Of a stretch of 64,000 bases of DNA, positions 37,932-47,965 are shown in pieces. Positions within the stretch are counted from its first letter, which is position 1. The number at the start of each line of letters is the position of its first letter. This DNA comes from Candidatus Hodarchaeota archaeon (GTDB lineage Archaea; Asgardarchaeota; Lokiarchaeia; Sigyniarchaeales; SOKP01): contig JBHLJY010000003.1 in the NCBI GenBank assembly GCA_048887225.1, positions 1 through 64,000 of the forward strand. The letters are read 5' to 3'. Under the pieces are notes generated by a model. The model made no database searches and was not told the origin of the DNA. It worked only from the letters and a program-made list of their open reading frames with translations. Made by a program: the position numbers and the translations under genes.

Positions 37932-40601
37932 TTAATCTTTAATTTTTTGAATCACTTTTGGGATTTCGGAGATTTGTTCTTTATATTTTTGTTCTAAATT
38001 AGAAATTCCTTCTGAAATGTTCTTAATGCTTTCCAAAGAATATATTAAATTTTCCAAGTAATCTATGATATCTCCTTTAAAAATCAATATTTTATAATAT
38101 TCTTTAAAATATTGACTTATTTGCTCAATAGATAATCCTTTATCTACTCTTAAATCAAATAATAATTTTTCAAGATTCAATCTTCCACAATTACAATAAG
38201 GATTATCTTTACAATTACAATTAAAAATATCATTAATCCATTTAGTGATAAAATCAATAAATTCTTGTGAAAACTTTTTTCTCTTTTTGATATTTTCTGC
38301 GTTCATTAACGATAATATACTGGCACTAAATAAATTATTGCTAAGATACTTCAAATTAACATTTTTAGCCAAATCCGTAACAATAGTTTTAGTTAAATAT
38401 ACATTTTTAAGTGGTTTCAACTCTAAAGCAAGGTCTATTATAGTATTTACAGTTTTTTGCCTTATTTTATCCATTATTTCTAAACTTTGTTCAATTGTCA
38501 GAAATGATTTAGAAATCGCCCGACCTAGGCGCCTAACTTTATGACGTAAATTTTCTTTTATTCGAATTAAATTGCTTGAATTTAATTTTTTTAAGAAACG
38601 ATCAATATCATATTCTTGATTAATTAATGAATTTCCAAATTCAAATATAGCTTCCATATCAATTCCTTGATTAAACATAGAAATAAATGCAAGTAATTCA
38701 GTTAACGATTTATCCTCATTTGGTTCTAATTCATAATCTTTAATCTTTCCATTTAATAGGTTAATAGCAATATTATCCTCGGTAATTTTCATTTTGGGAG
38801 AATATATTTTCCCTGGTTCTACTAGTAAGTAGGCAAATCCTTTTTCATGTTTTTTTAAACGGCCAGCTCTTCCGAGCATTTGTTCAAATTCAGCGACGGT
38901 CAACCAATTTATTCCCATTGCTAACGATTCAAAAATTACTTGGCTTGCCGGGAGATCAACACCCGCAGCTAGTGCTGCTGTGGCAACTACACCTGCTATG
39001 TTTTGATTTTGAAAATCTAATTCAATTAATTTACGTTCTTCATTTGTTAAACCTGAATGATATGCTCTTACGGATATATCTTTATTTAAGAGATAAGTTG
39101 TTAATAATTCACATTTCTTTCTCGTGTTAGTAAAAACAATTGATTGACCTTTATATCCAAATTTGGACTTTTTACGAAAAGCAGCTCTTACTAAACTTGA
39201 GATATGTTTATGTTTTATTTGTTCATTCAAACATAATAATAAATGTCGTTCAATAGGAACAGGTCTATTATTATATTGGATTAAAATACAATTTAATTTG
39301 TTTGCTAAAGTGGCAGGCTCTCCTAGAGTAGCACTTAGAAACAAAAATTGAGCATTCTTATAAATCGATTTTAACCTAGCGATAAAACCATCTAATAAAT
39401 ATCCTCTGTCAGGATCGATTAATGTCTGAATCTCATCAATAATAATTGTACTGATAATTCCTAGTTTCTCCTTATTCCCACTTCTTAGGATATAATCAAT
39501 GGCTTCATATGTTGCAACAATAATATTAGAATCAATTAATTCATCTAAATTATCTTCTATTTCTCTATCAAGGAGAGATTCTCCCACTCTCTTTGTAATT
39601 TTTAAGTTTAATGACTTATATTTTTGTTTAAATTCTTCTGTTCGTATGTTGGCCAAAGCAACTATTGGAACGAGGTATAACATCTTTAATGTTTTATTAT
39701 TAAGTATTTTTGAAATTCCTGCTAATTCTCCAATTAGGGTTTTACCTCCTGAAGTAGGTGCCATGATTAATTGATTTTTATTTTCTGTAAGAAGGCCTTT
39801 CTTAATTGAAATTGCTTGAATGGGTAATAATGTCGAGATATTTTGATTTTTTAAGATTTCTTTAAAAGAGATAGGGATATCGATACCCTTAACTTTGTAA
39901 TTAAGATATTTCTTACTCAATAATGGATTTTCTTCAATATCATAAAGTGTCATTTCTTTGTTAAACACGGGATTAAAGTCCGGTTTGAATGCACTCAATG
40001 CTTTTTCAATATTTTTAAATTTCAAAATCATATGATTGAACAAATTCTTTAATTTAGGACTATCACGATCCTCTGATATTAAGCCTGAGAGTCTACACTC
40101 CCTTATCACGATATCTAATGCACAATCAGAACAAATAATCTGATTTTTAAAGGATTTAATTTGAATGCTTTTATCTAATATTGTAAATTTCTGTTCATCC
40201 ATGCATGATTTACAAAATGTTAATTTAATTATTTTATTTTTATCATATTGAAGATCTCTAAGCATTTCCATTATAGATGCTAATTCCTCAGGATTCGCTT
40301 GACTCGAAAACGCAATAAATTTATTTTCTTTAGCAAATAAAAATTTTTTAAAAAGACGAGGATTAACTGGAATAAAACTGTCTTGTTGAATTTTATTAAA
40401 TTTGAATGGACGCATTTTATTTTTCATATCTAAACCAAAAAAAATACTTCCTTGAAAGAATGGTTTATTAATAAATGAAAAACTCATGCTTTTCGGTCTA
40501 AAAGATTTCAGATAAAAAAAATTAATAGTGAAAACTAAATCTTTCTTATAATTACGATTTTTATCAATAACAATAAAATAATTCTTTGAAGAAATACTCA
40601 A
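37932..40601 (-). CDS. Archaea-specific Ski2-like SF2 helicase (ASH-Ski2/COG1202 type)
   Basis: LLPIQ, APTSGGKTLIGELAG, DEIQ, SAT, YHSGL, TAALAAGVDLPASQVIFESLAMG, QMLGRAGR, C-terminal CNCKDNPYCNCG. Confidence 0.9.
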   Translation of the reverse strand: MSISSKNYFIVIDKNRNYKKDLVFTINFFYLKSFRPKSMSFSFINKPFFQGSIFFGLDMKNKMRPFKFNKIQQDSFIPVNPRLFKKFLFAKENKFIAFSSQANPEELASIMEMLRDLQYDKNKIIKLTFCKSCMDEQKFTILDKSIQIKSFKNQIICSDCALDIVIRECRLSGLISEDRDSPKLKNLFNHMILKFKNIEKALSAFKPDFNPVFNKEMTLYDIEENPLLSKKYLNYKVKGIDIPISFKEILKNQNISTLLPIQAISIKKGLLTENKNQLIMAPTSGGKTLIGELAGISKILNNKTLKMLYLVPIVALANIRTEEFKQKYKSLNLKITKRVGESLLDREIEDNLDELIDSNIIVATYEAIDYILRSGNKEKLGIISTIIIDEIQTLIDPDRGYLLDGFIARLKSIYKNAQFLFLSATLGEPATLANKLNCILIQYNNRPVPIERHLLLCLNEQIKHKHISSLVRAAFRKKSKFGYKGQSIVFTNTRKKCELLTTYLLNKDISVRAYHSGLTNEERKLIELDFQNQNIAGVVATAALAAGVDLPASQVIFESLAMGINWLTVAEFEQMLGRAGRLKKHEKGFAYLLVEPGKIYSPKMKITEDNIAINLLNGKIKDYELEPNEDKSLTELLAFISMFNQGIDMEAIFEFGNSLINQEYDIDRFLKKLNSSNLIRIKENLRHKVRRLGRAISKSFLTIEQSLEIMDKIRQKTVNTIIDLALELKPLKNVYLTKTIVTDLAKNVNLKYLSNNLFSASILSLMNAENIKKRKKFSQEFIDFITKWINDIFNCNCKDNPYCNCGRLNLEKLLFDLRVDKGLSIEQISQYFKEYYKILIFKGDIIDYLENLIYSLESIKNISEGISNLEQKYKEQISEIPKVIQKIKD

Positions 40602-40663
40602 AAGAAAACACGATTAAAGTTTAAAACTTAACTAAATAAGAAAAATACGTCACAGTATAAAAA

Positions 40664-40825
40664 TTAAAAGCCAAATACTTGTTTTATTTTATCGTAAACT
40701 TCTTTAATTTGGCGAAGTTTAGCCTCATCGCCCGAGTTTAAAAAATGTTCAATCCATTGTGCCAAACCACCTTGTTTTATCCAATCCATAAAATATTGAA
40801 CTGCTTGTTTATCAGCTTCTGACAT
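40664..40825 (-). CDS. Small 53-aa helical protein (below ORF-track cutoff)
   Basis: MSEADKQAVQYFMDWIKQGGLAQWIEHFLNSGDEAKLRQIKEVYDKIKQVFGF*; fills the gap and is higher in GC than its flanks. Confidence 0.65.
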   Translation of the reverse strand: MSEADKQAVQYFMDWIKQGGLAQWIEHFLNSGDEAKLRQIKEVYDKIKQVFGF

Positions 40826-40949
40826 TTTAAACTTGATATATTTTATATTATTAATTTAAAGTTCTTATATAAAAAATATATAATATAACATGTTTATAAT
40901 TTTTTATCAAAAAAAAATGAATCTTTTTAGAAAAAGGAGATAATGAACT

Positions 40950-41909
40950 ATGCCTGATGTAAGAATTAAGACTCCAAACCTCGATGAAATATTCGAGAGA
41001 TGGAAAAATAAAGCAGGAAGGACACAACGTAAGCAAATGGAAAAACAATTCGGAACTAAAGGCTCTATGTTTACATTAGATGCAATATCGGCTGCTGAAT
41101 ATGTAACCCCACCCGCCCTAAAAGGAGCCGCTATTTATTTTTCAATAAAGAAAACTGTTGCGGCTTCGACTGAGAAAGAAGAAATTCTAGTCCAAGCGCC
41201 TAGACTAGGTCGTGAAACTTTTTATTCTTTCAAAGGATCCAAGGATGTTGATAAAGAAAGTTGGAAAGGCACCGAAGAAGTTCCAATATTTGAGTCAATA
41301 CAAGCAGTCCCCTGTAAAACCTGCCGAGGCAAAGGATATATTGAAGATAATTGTAAGAGTTGTAAAGGAACAGGAAAAGTTGTAGAAAATTGGACAATTC
41401 TCGTAGGAGAAGAACAGAAAAAAGAAAAAAAAACATTTGATTATCCATGTGGAAATTGTTGGGGTACGGGGAAATTACCTTATACTTGTAAAGAATGTGG
41501 AGGCTATAAAAATCTCTATAAGTACGAAATCCTTCCAGTCCCTTTCAAATCAGTTGTAACGGGCGTTCCTATACTTCATAGTAGTTTACAAACTAGATAT
41601 GAAAAAGAAATGGGAAAGGATTTACAGGAACTCATTGAAAAAGTAGAAGGTATAAAATTTAACAATTTTAAAGATCTTGATAATAAAGCTCAAGGTTCTT
41701 TGGGTTATTGGGATAAAAACGTTAAGAAAACAATCAATGCTGCGGGAAGTGATTACAAAAAATATGAAAAAGATAAAGATGCAAAAATTCAATCCCAAAT
41801 ATATCTATTTCCAATGATTCAACTAAATTGTAAAACTAAAAAAGGTAAGAAATTCGAAATCTATTCTTTAGGTTCAGCAGAAAACTTTATGATTTATTCT
41901 AATTTCTAA
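40950..41909 (+). CDS. DnaJ-type Cys-rich zinc-finger protein without J domain (SSUH2-like)
   Basis: CKTCRGKG, CKSCKGTG, CGNCWGTG, CKECGG; no HPD motif; SD-like AGGAGA upstream. Confidence 0.75.
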   Translation: MPDVRIKTPNLDEIFERWKNKAGRTQRKQMEKQFGTKGSMFTLDAISAAEYVTPPALKGAAIYFSIKKTVAASTEKEEILVQAPRLGRETFYSFKGSKDVDKESWKGTEEVPIFESIQAVPCKTCRGKGYIEDNCKSCKGTGKVVENWTILVGEEQKKEKKTFDYPCGNCWGTGKLPYTCKECGGYKNLYKYEILPVPFKSVVTGVPILHSSLQTRYEKEMGKDLQELIEKVEGIKFNNFKDLDNKAQGSLGYWDKNVKKTINAAGSDYKKYEKDKDAKIQSQIYLFPMIQLNCKTKKGKKFEIYSLGSAENFMIYSNF

Positions 41910-42018
41910 TTTTGGATTTCTATTTTTTTTTATTTTTTATTTATAATTTTTAAGCCTTATGTAAATTAAACTATTAATTAAATTTTAGCTCTTATGATCC
42001 TTTTTTATTCGATATAAA

Positions 42019-42678
42019 ATGGACTCAGCGATTGTATCTTGGAGCGGAGGTAAAGATAGTGCATTAGCGCTTTATTATTTACTTTTAGAAAAAAAATATG
42101 AGGTTAAAACTTTGTTAACCACCGTCTCCGCCGATTATAATCGAATAAGTATTCATGGAGTAAGAAGGAAATTATTAGAAAAGCAAAGCCAATCAATCGG
42201 GATACCCGTTCATATAATCTCACTTCCCAAAGATGTTAGTAATAATGAATACGAGGAAATTATGAGAAATGAAATGATTAAATTTAAAACTCAACAAGTT
42301 AAAAATGTAGCTTTTGGAGATGTATTCTTAGAAGATATACGTGAGTATCGAGAATCCAACCTTTACAAGATAGGTATGAACACAATATTTCCACTCTGGG
42401 GCATTCATTCAAAAGTTTTAGCGAAAAAATTCATAGATCTTGGTTTTAGAGCTATAATAACATGCGTGGATTCAACGGTCCTTGAATATCCTTTTGTAGG
42501 TCAATTTTTTGATGATGATTTTTTATCATCAATCCCCTCTAATGTTGATCCCTGTGGTGAAAATGGAGAATTCCATACATTTGTTTTCGATGGGCCAATA
42601 TTCTCTTATCCAATACAATTTGAAAAAGGGGAAGTTGTATTTAGGGATGAGCGCTTTTATTTCATTGACCTTCAATAA
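42019..42678 (+). CDS. PP-loop ATPase, diphthine-ammonia ligase (Dph6/MJ0570) family
   Basis: SWSGGKDS, FGDVFLED, PLW, DPCGENGEFHTFVFDGP. Confidence 0.9.
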   Translation: MDSAIVSWSGGKDSALALYYLLLEKKYEVKTLLTTVSADYNRISIHGVRRKLLEKQSQSIGIPVHIISLPKDVSNNEYEEIMRNEMIKFKTQQVKNVAFGDVFLEDIREYRESNLYKIGMNTIFPLWGIHSKVLAKKFIDLGFRAIITCVDSTVLEYPFVGQFFDDDFLSSIPSNVDPCGENGEFHTFVFDGPIFSYPIQFEKGEVVFRDERFYFIDLQ

Positions 42679-42691
42679 ATTTAACTTAGTA

Positions 42692-42787
42692 CTATTGCTC
42701 TGGAAATAATAGTTCCAATTTATATTCTCTTGCCATTTTAATGATCTTTTCATCGACCCCAATATTTCCAAAAGTACGAGTTTCCAT
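42692..42787 (-). pseudogene. 31-codon remnant resembling fused N- and C-termini of an aldo/keto reductase
   Basis: Strong SD GAGGTGAT (42791-42798) then METRTFGNIGVDEKIIKMAREYKLELLFPEQ*. Confidence 0.45.
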
Positions 42788-42842
42788 TAAATCACCTCAC
42801 ATTTGTTATTTGAAATTATCTTGAAAATAAAAATAAAATAAT

Positions 42843-44297
42843 TTAAAGTTCAAACTCTTTTAATTTAGCTTTATTAGCGGCAACTTTGTCGGGCGTAAGA
42901 TCATACCATTTCCAAAAGATTAATGTACAAACGATTACTAGAATGGCTGGAATTAGAGCAGCATGCATACGAATTCCTAATAGTGCTAATTCAGGTGTTG
43001 GACTCTTAGCAAATAAATCTGCTCTGTCTATAGAACCTTCAACAAATCCTGTTAAAATGTGTACAATAGCAAATACAAGTGCTTGAACTACAAGGCTAAG
43101 CCTAATAAAGAACGTTTGGTATCCGTAATATATCTCATCTTGCCTTTTTCCTATATTCACTGCCGCATCGTCAAGCACATCAGCCATTGCTGGATAGTCT
43201 GCGAACCATTGACCACCAAGTCCAATGCCAAATAGAAATATAGCAATTATGAAGAAGATTATTCCAATTACAAAGAAAATAGGTAGAAAAGTGATAAACA
43301 TCACGAAACCTGCAATTACACATATTTTTTTATTGTTATTTAATTTATGAGACAATTTTAACCAGAATGGTATTGAGATAAAAGCTCCTAAGAGCATGAT
43401 CCCCATAAGGACACTTAAGAACCATGCTTCCATATCTATAACAAAAATTATCATATAGAGTGCTGATGCTGCTAATAAAGCTACTGCGGCTTGATATCCA
43501 AAAAAAATTAACATCTTAAGCATGAATCTTTTATTAGTAATTACACTTTTAGCTACTTTACTAAAAGATTCACGTTTTTCTTCTCTCTCTTTAAGTAATC
43601 TCTCTTGGTGTCGCGCTCTGGTTTTTTTACTTTCTCTTATACCTGGAATCATTAAACAAAAAATTACCATTCCAACTCCGATAAGTACCCACGCTTGAAT
43701 ACGGAATGTCTCAGGTACTCCAAATTCAATAAATAATGGAGGGATTATTGATGAGGCAACGATCCCTGTCATCCCTATGATTGTTCCCATACCTGAAGCC
43801 GTTCTTCGTTCAGCTTGCCCAGGAAATTTATCGGGATACATCGATCGTACATTAATATCCCATAAAGTAAAGAGAGTGTCATAAAGGCAAATACTTACTA
43901 ATAACCAGATAAAAATTATCCATTGATCTTCAATTGGATCTAAATTGAAAGGAACTAAAAAAACCATTAAGTAAGTGAACAGCCATGGGATTCCTCCGAT
44001 GATCACCCATGGAAATCTTCTTCCCCATTTTCTTTCCCATGGCATATGTAATCGATTCATAATAAAACCAATAAGCGGATCGTTTATTGCATTCCAAATT
44101 GAGTATAAGATAAAAGCCAAAGCAACTAATCCTACAAATAAGCCGATTTGCACCTCGTAGAAAATAAATACATACATTCCAAAAGGACCAGTAATCCATT
44201 GACCAAAAAATTGATACATACTATAGCTTGCTGTATTAACTTTGGAACATTCATAAATCTCCTTGTCGATTATACTATTATTCTTTAAATTACTCAT
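42843..44297 (-). CDS. MFS transporter, GPH (MelB-like) family
   Basis: YSIWNAINDPLIG, WGRRFPW, about 12 TMs, MADVLDD...GKRQDEIYYG. Confidence 0.92.
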   Translation of the reverse strand: MSNLKNNSIIDKEIYECSKVNTASYSMYQFFGQWITGPFGMYVFIFYEVQIGLFVGLVALAFILYSIWNAINDPLIGFIMNRLHMPWERKWGRRFPWVIIGGIPWLFTYLMVFLVPFNLDPIEDQWIIFIWLLVSICLYDTLFTLWDINVRSMYPDKFPGQAERRTASGMGTIIGMTGIVASSIIPPLFIEFGVPETFRIQAWVLIGVGMVIFCLMIPGIRESKKTRARHQERLLKEREEKRESFSKVAKSVITNKRFMLKMLIFFGYQAAVALLAASALYMIIFVIDMEAWFLSVLMGIMLLGAFISIPFWLKLSHKLNNNKKICVIAGFVMFITFLPIFFVIGIIFFIIAIFLFGIGLGGQWFADYPAMADVLDDAAVNIGKRQDEIYYGYQTFFIRLSLVVQALVFAIVHILTGFVEGSIDRADLFAKSPTPELALLGIRMHAALIPAILVIVCTLIFWKWYDLTPDKVAANKAKLKEFEL

Positions 44298-44473
44298 TGT
44301 GGACCTCTTATTGAGTTAAAAATATCATGTTTACTAAAATGAATCAATTTTTACACTTTTTTAATTTGATTCTTTAAAATTATTCTGTTAAAGAGTTATT
44401 TAAATTTTTTTTAGAATTATTATAAATATCTTGTTTTTAGTCTTTTAATGAACTAATAAAAGTTGGCAAAAAA

Positions 44474-45493
44474 ATGGGTAAACAAAACGAAATTATTGAG
44501 CCATCAAATTTATTTCAAAAAGATGGCTCACTTATGCAAAGAGGATGGGCGCGAAAACCAATCTTAACCTATAACAGGGAAGATATTAGAGCAAAAAAAT
44601 ATAGAATTAAAGAATGGGATCACTATTCAATTTTAAATAAAGAGTATGGATTTCAGATAACAATCGCCGATATTGGGTATTTAAGATTGTTGGGATTTGT
44701 ATGGCTCGATTTTATAAATCACGTTAGATTTGGCAAGGATATTATTCAACTTTTCAAACATATAGATTTACCAAGAAGCTCCTTAGAAGAAAGTGATATT
44801 ATTTTTCCTAGTAAAAAACTGAGTGCAAGAATTTCCACTCGTAAAAGAAAAAGAGCTATTACGATTGATTATCCAAAATTTTATAATAAAGGATTAAAAG
44901 GTGAAATAATCCTTTATGATGAGCCCAAGTCTGATAACACTGTCGTTGTAACGGGCTACGACAATCCTAAAATGTTTTATTATAATCATAAAATTAATTA
45001 TATGCCTGCAGAAGGTATAATGCAATTGGGCAATAAATCTTATAATTTCCACCCAGAAACTTCTTTTGGGCTTTTGGATTGGGGGCGAGGTGTATGGCCA
45101 TACCGAACACATTGGTTATGGGGTTCCGCCTGTGGCAAAGTAGATGGTGTCCCTGTTGCTTTTAATCTTGGGTATGGTTTTGGAGATCTGTCAACTCATA
45201 CGGAAAATATCGTTTTTTACGATGGAAAAGCCCACAAAATTGATGAGATTACATTTCATCACGAGAATCGAGATCCAAAAAAAACTTGGCAAGTTTCTAG
45301 TAATGATAGTAGAATCAATATGGTCTTGAAACCGCTTATTCCACATAAAGCAAAATTAAATTTTGGAATTATTATGTCAAATACTTCATTACTTCATGGG
45401 CTATATAGCGGAGATATAGTTCTAGATAATGGTGAGAAAATACACATTGATGAGATGCTGGGGCACGCTGAGGATATTTACTGGAAATGGTAA
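44474..45493 (+). CDS. DUF2804-family protein
   Basis: GWAR.P, KEWDHY, FYYNHKIN, LDWGRGVWPY, WLWGS, FNLGYGFGD, TEN. Confidence 0.8.
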   Translation: MGKQNEIIEPSNLFQKDGSLMQRGWARKPILTYNREDIRAKKYRIKEWDHYSILNKEYGFQITIADIGYLRLLGFVWLDFINHVRFGKDIIQLFKHIDLPRSSLEESDIIFPSKKLSARISTRKRKRAITIDYPKFYNKGLKGEIILYDEPKSDNTVVVTGYDNPKMFYYNHKINYMPAEGIMQLGNKSYNFHPETSFGLLDWGRGVWPYRTHWLWGSACGKVDGVPVAFNLGYGFGDLSTHTENIVFYDGKAHKIDEITFHHENRDPKKTWQVSSNDSRINMVLKPLIPHKAKLNFGIIMSNTSLLHGLYSGDIVLDNGEKIHIDEMLGHAEDIYWKW

Positions 45494-45537
45494 AAGAAAA
45501 ATTTTATATCAATTAATAAAATCAGAAATAGAAGATT

Positions 45538-46161
45538 TTAACTCTCTATAATAAAGATCTTTTCAAATACTTCAGGTAAGGCATCAACGATTTTTCGTCG
45601 CAGTGTTCGAGTGAAAATCAAGGCAACGACTGCACTTAAACCAAATTGAATTATCCCATTTAAGAAAAATTCAAATAGTGCTGCGGGGAATCCAAATAAT
45701 ATAAATTCATAAACAAAATAACCTAATACCATAATAAGTCCTCCAAATACCACCGCTATTATATCTCTATAACTGAATTTTGGATAATTTTTTCTAGGAT
45801 TCGCAATTACTCCGATAATAAATCCTTCTAAACCTTTAATAATTAAAGTTGCTGGAGCATAGATAGTATAACCTGTAATTATATCGGCCAAAGCAGAACC
45901 AACTCCTCCAGCGATTCCACCAATAACAGGCCCTAATAATAATCCTGTGATCATTACTCCTATATCTCCAATGTTAATAAATCCTTTTGTAGCAGGAATA
46001 GGAATCTGAATAACAATTGTTAACACACAAATTAAAGCACCAAAAATACCAATCATTGCAAGAGATACAGAATTCATTGGCAAAAAATATCCCATAAAAT
46101 CTTTTCCTTTAGATGGAATGTATCTTTTTTCTTTTTCTTCTCCTTTGCTTTCATTCTTCAT
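45538..46161 (-). CDS. ECF transporter S component
   Basis: IPIPATKGFINIGD, GGVGSALADIITGY, APATLIIKGLEG. Confidence 0.9.
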   Translation of the reverse strand: MKNESKGEEKEKRYIPSKGKDFMGYFLPMNSVSLAMIGIFGALICVLTIVIQIPIPATKGFINIGDIGVMITGLLLGPVIGGIAGGVGSALADIITGYTIYAPATLIIKGLEGFIIGVIANPRKNYPKFSYRDIIAVVFGGLIMVLGYFVYEFILFGFPAALFEFFLNGIIQFGLSAVVALIFTRTLRRKIVDALPEVFEKIFIIES

Positions 46162-46317
46162 TTTTCAGAAAAATTTTTGATCTTATATAAGTTTAATCCT
46201 TCTCGCAATCAATGTGAGCTTAAATTAAAGGTTCTTTTTTTAGTAATTAAAAAATCTTTAATATTTATTGCAATCTTTAATACTTATTAAAAAATAAAAT
46301 ACAGAAATTGATAAAAA

Positions 46318-47076
46318 ATTATTGGATGGATAATACTATTTAGTTTTTTAGGGAGTGTTGGTGCTATTTGTGCAGCAGCTAGCTTTGTTTTTTTGGGAGA
46401 GAAATATCAAAAAATGCTTGTGCCCATTCTTATAGCATTTGCTACGGGAATACTTCTTGCTGCTGCATTATTAGGTCTAATACCCGAAGCTATTGAAGAA
46501 ATGGGTGAGGAACCACATGCGATTATGCCATTTATTTTGGGAGGTATTTTGTTCTTCTTTTTCATGGAAAAGATTGTGATATGGAGAAATTGTCGAGATA
46601 ATACTTGTGAGGTTCATTCACATGCCTCAGGCCCTATTATACTTATTGGAGACTCCTTACATAATTTATCAGATGGAGTTGTAATAGCAGCTGCCTTTTT
46701 AATTGATTTTGCCCTTGGTATAGCAGCTGGTATTACAATTTTAATTCATGAATTAGCTCATGAGACAGGAGATTTTGGTATCTTACTTCATACAGGATAT
46801 TCAAAAAAGAAAGCTTTTACATATAATATAGTTTCGAGCGCAACTACAATACCTGCCGCAATAATAGGTTATTATTTGTTGACTCCGTTTCTTTTTATTG
46901 TTCCCTTTTTGTTAGCTATCGCAGCAGCAAGTTTTATTTACATTGCATTAACAGATCTAACTCCTGAACTCCATAAACATACTAGTTTAAAGTATAGCAT
47001 TCGTCAATTAATCCTAATTTTAGCAGGAATTTTTACAATGTTCATATTATTATCGCTAAGCGGGCAAGCACACTAA
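46318..47076 (+). CDS. ZIP-family metal transporter; probable ATT start
   Basis: GDSLHNLSDG, HELAHETGD, YIALTDLTPELH. The first TM (IGWIILFSFLGSVGAICAAASFVFL) is in frame upstream of TTG 46393 and bounded by TAA at 46312. Confidence 0.9.
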   Translation: MIGWIILFSFLGSVGAICAAASFVFLGEKYQKMLVPILIAFATGILLAAALLGLIPEAIEEMGEEPHAIMPFILGGILFFFFMEKIVIWRNCRDNTCEVHSHASGPIILIGDSLHNLSDGVVIAAAFLIDFALGIAAGITILIHELAHETGDFGILLHTGYSKKKAFTYNIVSSATTIPAAIIGYYLLTPFLFIVPFLLAIAAASFIYIALTDLTPELHKHTSLKYSIRQLILILAGIFTMFILLSLSGQAH

Positions 47077-47233
47077 TAACATCTAGTAGGTGCTACTGTG
47101 AGGAAGACCTCTAGATATATCATAAAAGAGCGTAATTAAAATGATAATAAATCGTATGTCAATAGACTTATTAACTCTACATCATTATACAATAAAAATA
47201 TATTATATATCTACATAGTATTTAGTTTTTGTT

Positions 47234-47347
47234 ATGAAAGAGAAAACTTCAAATTTATTGTTGGGTATTGCCGGAGGAATAATCATTCTTATTATTGTAA
47301 TTACCATTATTGTGATAATATTCCAACTCGTAAGAAAGTATCTCTAA
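47234..47347 (+). CDS. 37-aa single-TM micropeptide
   Basis: MKEKTSNLLLGIAGGIIILIIVITIIVIIFQLVRKYL*. Confidence 0.55.
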   Translation: MKEKTSNLLLGIAGGIIILIIVITIIVIIFQLVRKYL

Positions 47348-47396
47348 AAAAATAAACCTTTTTTTAAAAAAAGAATAAAAATTGGAACTTTTTAGT

Positions 47397-47873
47397 TTAT
47401 TTAAGAATTTCATTAGAAGCATATGCTGTTAAGATCTTTCCAAAAAACACATGATGGCTCGCCATACTTCCAGAGCCACATTCATGAACAACTTTGCATT
47501 CATAACTTAGAATACAGTCTTTAATTGTAGGTACTTTAGTTCTTTTTCCCTCAATGATTTCTAGTCCTGCCTCTTTAAATTTATCCGTATTTCTACCTGA
47601 GGATGTTCCAGCAGTATTTATAGCATGTTCAATTTTATTCGAAGGAATATTTATCGTAAATTCATTTATTTGGTTTAATAATTCAAAGGTATAACGACTT
47701 GGTGCGACTGCAGCAGTAATTATAGGAATCATCCACAGCTCTCCTATCGTTTTCCATAACAAAGCCATAACATTTGGATTTCCATTTTTATCAATAGTAC
47801 ACATCAACGCTGCTTTAGACATAAAATATTCAATGTACTCATATGGCCTAATTTCTTTCCTATTTTCTGACAT
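47397..47873 (-). CDS. Flavin reductase-like protein
   Basis: NPNVMA, SRYTFELL, EFTINIP, GTSSGRNTDKF, YECKV, HHVFFGKI. Confidence 0.9.
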   Translation of the reverse strand: MSENRKEIRPYEYIEYFMSKAALMCTIDKNGNPNVMALLWKTIGELWMIPIITAAVAPSRYTFELLNQINEFTINIPSNKIEHAINTAGTSSGRNTDKFKEAGLEIIEGKRTKVPTIKDCILSYECKVVHECGSGSMASHHVFFGKILTAYASNEILK

Positions 47874-47965
47874 AATTTATCTGATTATTAAATTTAAATC
47901 AATTATAATATTAATTGAAACAAATATCATTTAAAATTTATTAAAATAAAAAGCGACGATGTATT

